This document shows positions 61,011-64,000 of a DNA stretch of 64,000 nt, piece by piece (the first letter of the stretch is position 1; each line of letters starts with the position of its first letter). The stretch is taken from NCBI GenBank assembly GCA_041157045.1, contig JBEBDJ010000111.1, positions 860 through 64,859 of the forward strand, in the 5' to 3' direction. Both the position numbers and the translations under genes were made by a program. This stretch comes from Pseudomonadota bacterium (GTDB lineage: Bacteria > Pseudomonadota > Gammaproteobacteria > Burkholderiales > Burkholderiaceae_C). The notes under the pieces are model-generated. The model worked only from the letters and a program-made list of their open reading frames with translations. It was not told where the DNA came from and did no database searches.

Positions 61011-62021
61011 ATGAACCCCGCATCCACCCTGCGTCGCGGCCTGCTGGCCGCCGGCATCTGTGCCCTCAGCCTGTGCGGCGTCGCCGGCCAGGCCATGGCG
61101 CAAGCGAAGATCCCGCTGCGCATCTCGACCCCTGCCGTGCCCGATGACTGGCACGCCAAGATGTGGACGGTGTTCAAGGAGTCGCTCGACAAGTCCTCGC
61201 CCGGCCAGTTCGATGTGCAGATCAACCTCAATGCCTCGCTCTTCAAGCAAGGCACCGAGCCGGCGGCCATGGCGCGCGGCAACCTGGAGCTGTCCTCCAT
61301 CTCGGCCTTTGACATTGCCAAGCTGGTGCCCGAGTTCTCGATCTTCACCGCCGGTTATGTGATCCGCGATCCGCAGCACCAGCAAAAGGTCTTCAACGGC
61401 CCCATCGGCCAGCAGCTGTTTCGCACCGTCTCGGAAAAAATGGACGTGACGGTGCTGTCGACGATTTACCTGGGCACGCGCCAGGTCAACCTGCGCGAGG
61501 CGCGCAATGTGAAGACGCCCGCCGACCTCAAGGGCGTCAAGCTGCGCATGCCCGGCTCCAAGGAGTGGTTGTTCCTGGGTGAGGCGCTGGGCGCCACCCC
61601 CACACCGCTGGCCTTTGGCGAGGTCTACCTGGGCCTGAAAACCGGCACCATCGACGGCCAGGACAACCCGCTGCCCACGGTGCGCGCCGCCAAGTTCTAC
61701 GAGGTGACCAAGCAGCTGGTGCTGACCAACCACCTGGTCGACGGCATCTTCATCGCCATCTCCAACAAGACCTGGAACGGCCTGAACGCGCAGCAAAAGC
61801 AGAACCTGCAGGCCGCCGCGCAAGCCGCCGCGCAGTACAACAACGACAACCGCATCAAGGAAGAGTCGCAGATCGTGGACTTCTTCCGCAAGGAAGGCCT
61901 GCAGGTCGTCACGCCCGATGTGGAGGCCTTCCGCAAGGCGGTGCAAGGGGCTTATGCCAACTCCGAGTACGCCAAGGTCTGGCCGGCCGGTCTGCTGGAC
62001 CGCATCAACAACACCCGTTGA
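61011..62021 (+). CDS. TRAP transporter substrate-binding protein DctP
   Basis: DLKGVKLRMP, LGATPTP, EVYLGLKTGTIDGQDNP, FYEV. Confidence 0.95.
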   Translation: MNPASTLRRGLLAAGICALSLCGVAGQAMAQAKIPLRISTPAVPDDWHAKMWTVFKESLDKSSPGQFDVQINLNASLFKQGTEPAAMARGNLELSSISAFDIAKLVPEFSIFTAGYVIRDPQHQQKVFNGPIGQQLFRTVSEKMDVTVLSTIYLGTRQVNLREARNVKTPADLKGVKLRMPGSKEWLFLGEALGATPTPLAFGEVYLGLKTGTIDGQDNPLPTVRAAKFYEVTKQLVLTNHLVDGIFIAISNKTWNGLNAQQKQNLQAAAQAAAQYNNDNRIKEESQIVDFFRKEGLQVVTPDVEAFRKAVQGAYANSEYAKVWPAGLLDRINNTR

Positions 62022-62033
62022 TCGGACGCGCGC

Positions 62034-62513
62034 ATGAAGCGGTGGGTTCAGTGGGCGCAGCACCTGGGCGGGGGCCTGTTCCTCGCCCTGTTCCTGACCT
62101 TTCTGGTGCAGATCGGGGCGCGCTTTGGCCTGAACCGGCCGCTGCCCTGGACCGACGAGCTGGCGGTGGTGCTCTACCTCTGGGTCATCCTCTGGGCCAG
62201 CGCCTTCATGGTGCGCGAGCGCGAGCATGTGGTGTTTGACCTGCTCTGGAACAGCGCACCGGTGGGCGCACGCCGCCTGATGAAGCTGGTGGGTCACCTG
62301 CTGCTGGGCGGCCTGGCCCTGGCCGCGCTGCCAGGCAGCTGGGACTATGTGCGCTTCATGGCGCGCGAGGGCACGCCGGTGCTGGGCATTTCGTACCAGT
62401 GGGTGTTCATGCCCTTTATCGCCCTGCTGCTGGCCCTGGTGCTGCGCAGCCTGCTGGGCATTTGGCAGGCGCTGCGCGGGCAGGGCCTGGAACGACAGGA
62501 TCTGCCGTCATGA
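62034..62513 (+). CDS. TRAP transporter small permease DctQ
   Basis: 4 TM helices, WTDELA, EHVVFD. Confidence 0.9.
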   Translation: MKRWVQWAQHLGGGLFLALFLTFLVQIGARFGLNRPLPWTDELAVVLYLWVILWASAFMVREREHVVFDLLWNSAPVGARRLMKLVGHLLLGGLALAALPGSWDYVRFMAREGTPVLGISYQWVFMPFIALLLALVLRSLLGIWQALRGQGLERQDLPS

Positions 62514-63814
62514 GCCTTGCCCTGTGGGCCCTGGTGGGCGTGGTGCTGGCCGGCATGCTGCTGCGCATGCCGATCGGTTTTTCGATGTTGCTCTCGGGCG
62601 TGGCCTATCTGCTGGTCAAGCGCCAGGACGTGGGCCTGATGGTCGAGCAGGTGGGCAACGGCCTCTACAACAGCTATGTGCTGCTGGCGGTGCCGCTGTT
62701 TGTGTTTGCCGCCAACATCATGAACGCGGGCACGGTCAGCGAGCGCATTTTTGATTTCTGCCGCATCCTGGTCGGCCGCATGCGCGGCGGGCTGGCGCAG
62801 GTGGACATTCTGGTGAGCGTGATTTTCTCGGGCATGAGCGGCAGCGCCATTGCCGACGCCGCCGGCCCCGGCCTGGTGACGATTCGGCAAATGCTCAAAA
62901 AGCCCGAATACTCGCGCGGTTTTGCCGGGGCGGTGGTGGTGGCCAGCGCCACGCTGGGCCCCATCATCCCACCCTCGATCCCGATGGTGATTTACGCCCT
63001 GGTCTCGGGCGCATCGGTGGGCGCGCTGTTTCTGGGCGGGGTGGTGCCCGGGCTGTGCATGACGGTGCTGATGATGGGCGTGGTGGCGGTCATTGCCCGG
63101 CGCCGCCAGATGCCGCGCGAGGCCCCGGTGCCGCTGCGCGAGTGGCCCGCCATCGTCTTTCGTGGCGCGCTGCCGCTGTCCATGCCGATCGTGTTGCTGG
63201 GCGGCATTTACTCGGGCGCCTTCACCCCCACCGAAGCCGCCGCCGTGGCCGCCCTGCATGCGCTGGTGCTGGCGGCGGTGGTCTTTCGCGCGCTGAGCTG
63301 GCGCGCCTTCTGGGGCGTGGTGCTGGAGTCGGCGCGCGCCAGCGCCGTCATCACCATCATCCTGGCCGGCTCCTTCATGCTCAACTACGCCTTCACCGCC
63401 GAGGGCGTGCCGCAAGCCATGGCGCAATGGGTCGACAGCCTGCAGCTCTCGCGCCTGCAATTCCTGTTCATGGTCAACGCCCTGTTCCTGCTGCTGGGCT
63501 GCTTTCTGGACGTCTCGGTGCTGCTGCTGGTGTTCGTGCCCATGCTGCTGCCGGCGGCCAAGCTGCTGGGCGTGGACCTGGTGCATTTTGGCGTGCTGGT
63601 GGTGCTCAACATGATGATCGGCCTGATCCACCCGCCCTTTGGCATGCTGCTGTTCGTGACCAAGGCCCTGACCGGCATCCCGATTGGCGAGATGATGCGC
63701 GAGGGCTGGCTCTTTTTGCTGATGCTGCTGGGCCTCTTGGTGGCGATGACGATCTTCCCCGAGATCGTGCTCTGGCTGCCGCAAACCATGGGCTACGGAA
63801 AGGCCAGCGGATGA
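62510..63814 (+). CDS. TRAP transporter large permease DctM
   Basis: LAVPLF, SGMSGSAIADA, IIPPSIP, FTPTEA, HPPFG. Confidence 0.95.
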   Translation: MSLALWALVGVVLAGMLLRMPIGFSMLLSGVAYLLVKRQDVGLMVEQVGNGLYNSYVLLAVPLFVFAANIMNAGTVSERIFDFCRILVGRMRGGLAQVDILVSVIFSGMSGSAIADAAGPGLVTIRQMLKKPEYSRGFAGAVVVASATLGPIIPPSIPMVIYALVSGASVGALFLGGVVPGLCMTVLMMGVVAVIARRRQMPREAPVPLREWPAIVFRGALPLSMPIVLLGGIYSGAFTPTEAAAVAALHALVLAAVVFRALSWRAFWGVVLESARASAVITIILAGSFMLNYAFTAEGVPQAMAQWVDSLQLSRLQFLFMVNALFLLLGCFLDVSVLLLVFVPMLLPAAKLLGVDLVHFGVLVVLNMMIGLIHPPFGMLLFVTKALTGIPIGEMMREGWLFLLMLLGLLVAMTIFPEIVLWLPQTMGYGKASG

Positions 63815-64000
63815 CGCATCCCGACGTGATGGTGGTGGCCAGCTGGAACGTGGACCTGGTCACGCGGATCCCCGCCCCGCTGCAGCGGGGGCAGACCCAG
63901 CACGGCGAGGGCCTGCAGCGCCTGGCCGGTGGCAAGGGCAGCAATGCCGCGGTGGCCTGCGCACGCCAGGGGGCGCGCACCGGCCTGGTGGCCGCCATTG
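63811..64000 (+). CDS. ribokinase/PfkB-family kinase (partial, runs off the window)
   Basis: MTHPDVMVVASWNVDLV...GGKGSNAAVACARQGA; ATGA overlap with dctM. Confidence 0.85.
   Translation, partial: MTHPDVMVVASWNVDLVTRIPAPLQRGQTQHGEGLQRLAGGKGSNAAVACARQGARTGLVAAI

Overview
High-GC betaproteobacterial chromosome window; gene content and order look Comamonadaceae-like, which is an inference. Left backbone (1-19.7 kb): rpsG/rpsL, PBP5/6, hemJ/hemB, CorA, LysR-mmsA-GMC, transporters, alr. The main result is a ~26 kb catabolic locus (19809-46017) with FOUR intact carotenoid-cleavage-oxygenase (CCO/RPE65 family) paralogs in two subtypes, one of each subtype per operon. They sit with a lipocalin-like protein, PaaN-like aldehyde dehydrogenase, DUF1295 reductase-like membrane protein, two thiolases, two acyl-CoA ligases, a Liv-type ABC importer, two Bug receptors, a nitronate-monooxygenase-like enzyme, a flavin reductase, and IclR and tandem-HxlR regulators. 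I do not recognise this as a described pathway. Right part: glcFE, a sigma54/NtrC-type porin-glnK-amtB operon and comM/yifB. Next is a ~3 kb toxin-antitoxin/defence islet bounded by a duplicated comM 3' end; it holds an Abi-like remnant, an intact HipA/XRE pair with five operator-like repeats, and a Phd antitoxin broken by a 57-bp micro-inversion. A GntR/TRAP sugar-acid cluster runs off the end. Two intergenic small-RNA candidates were found. No rRNA, tRNA, CRISPR, integrase or transposase was seen. Family calls rest on motif recognition by eye, not database searches, and start codons are best estimates.
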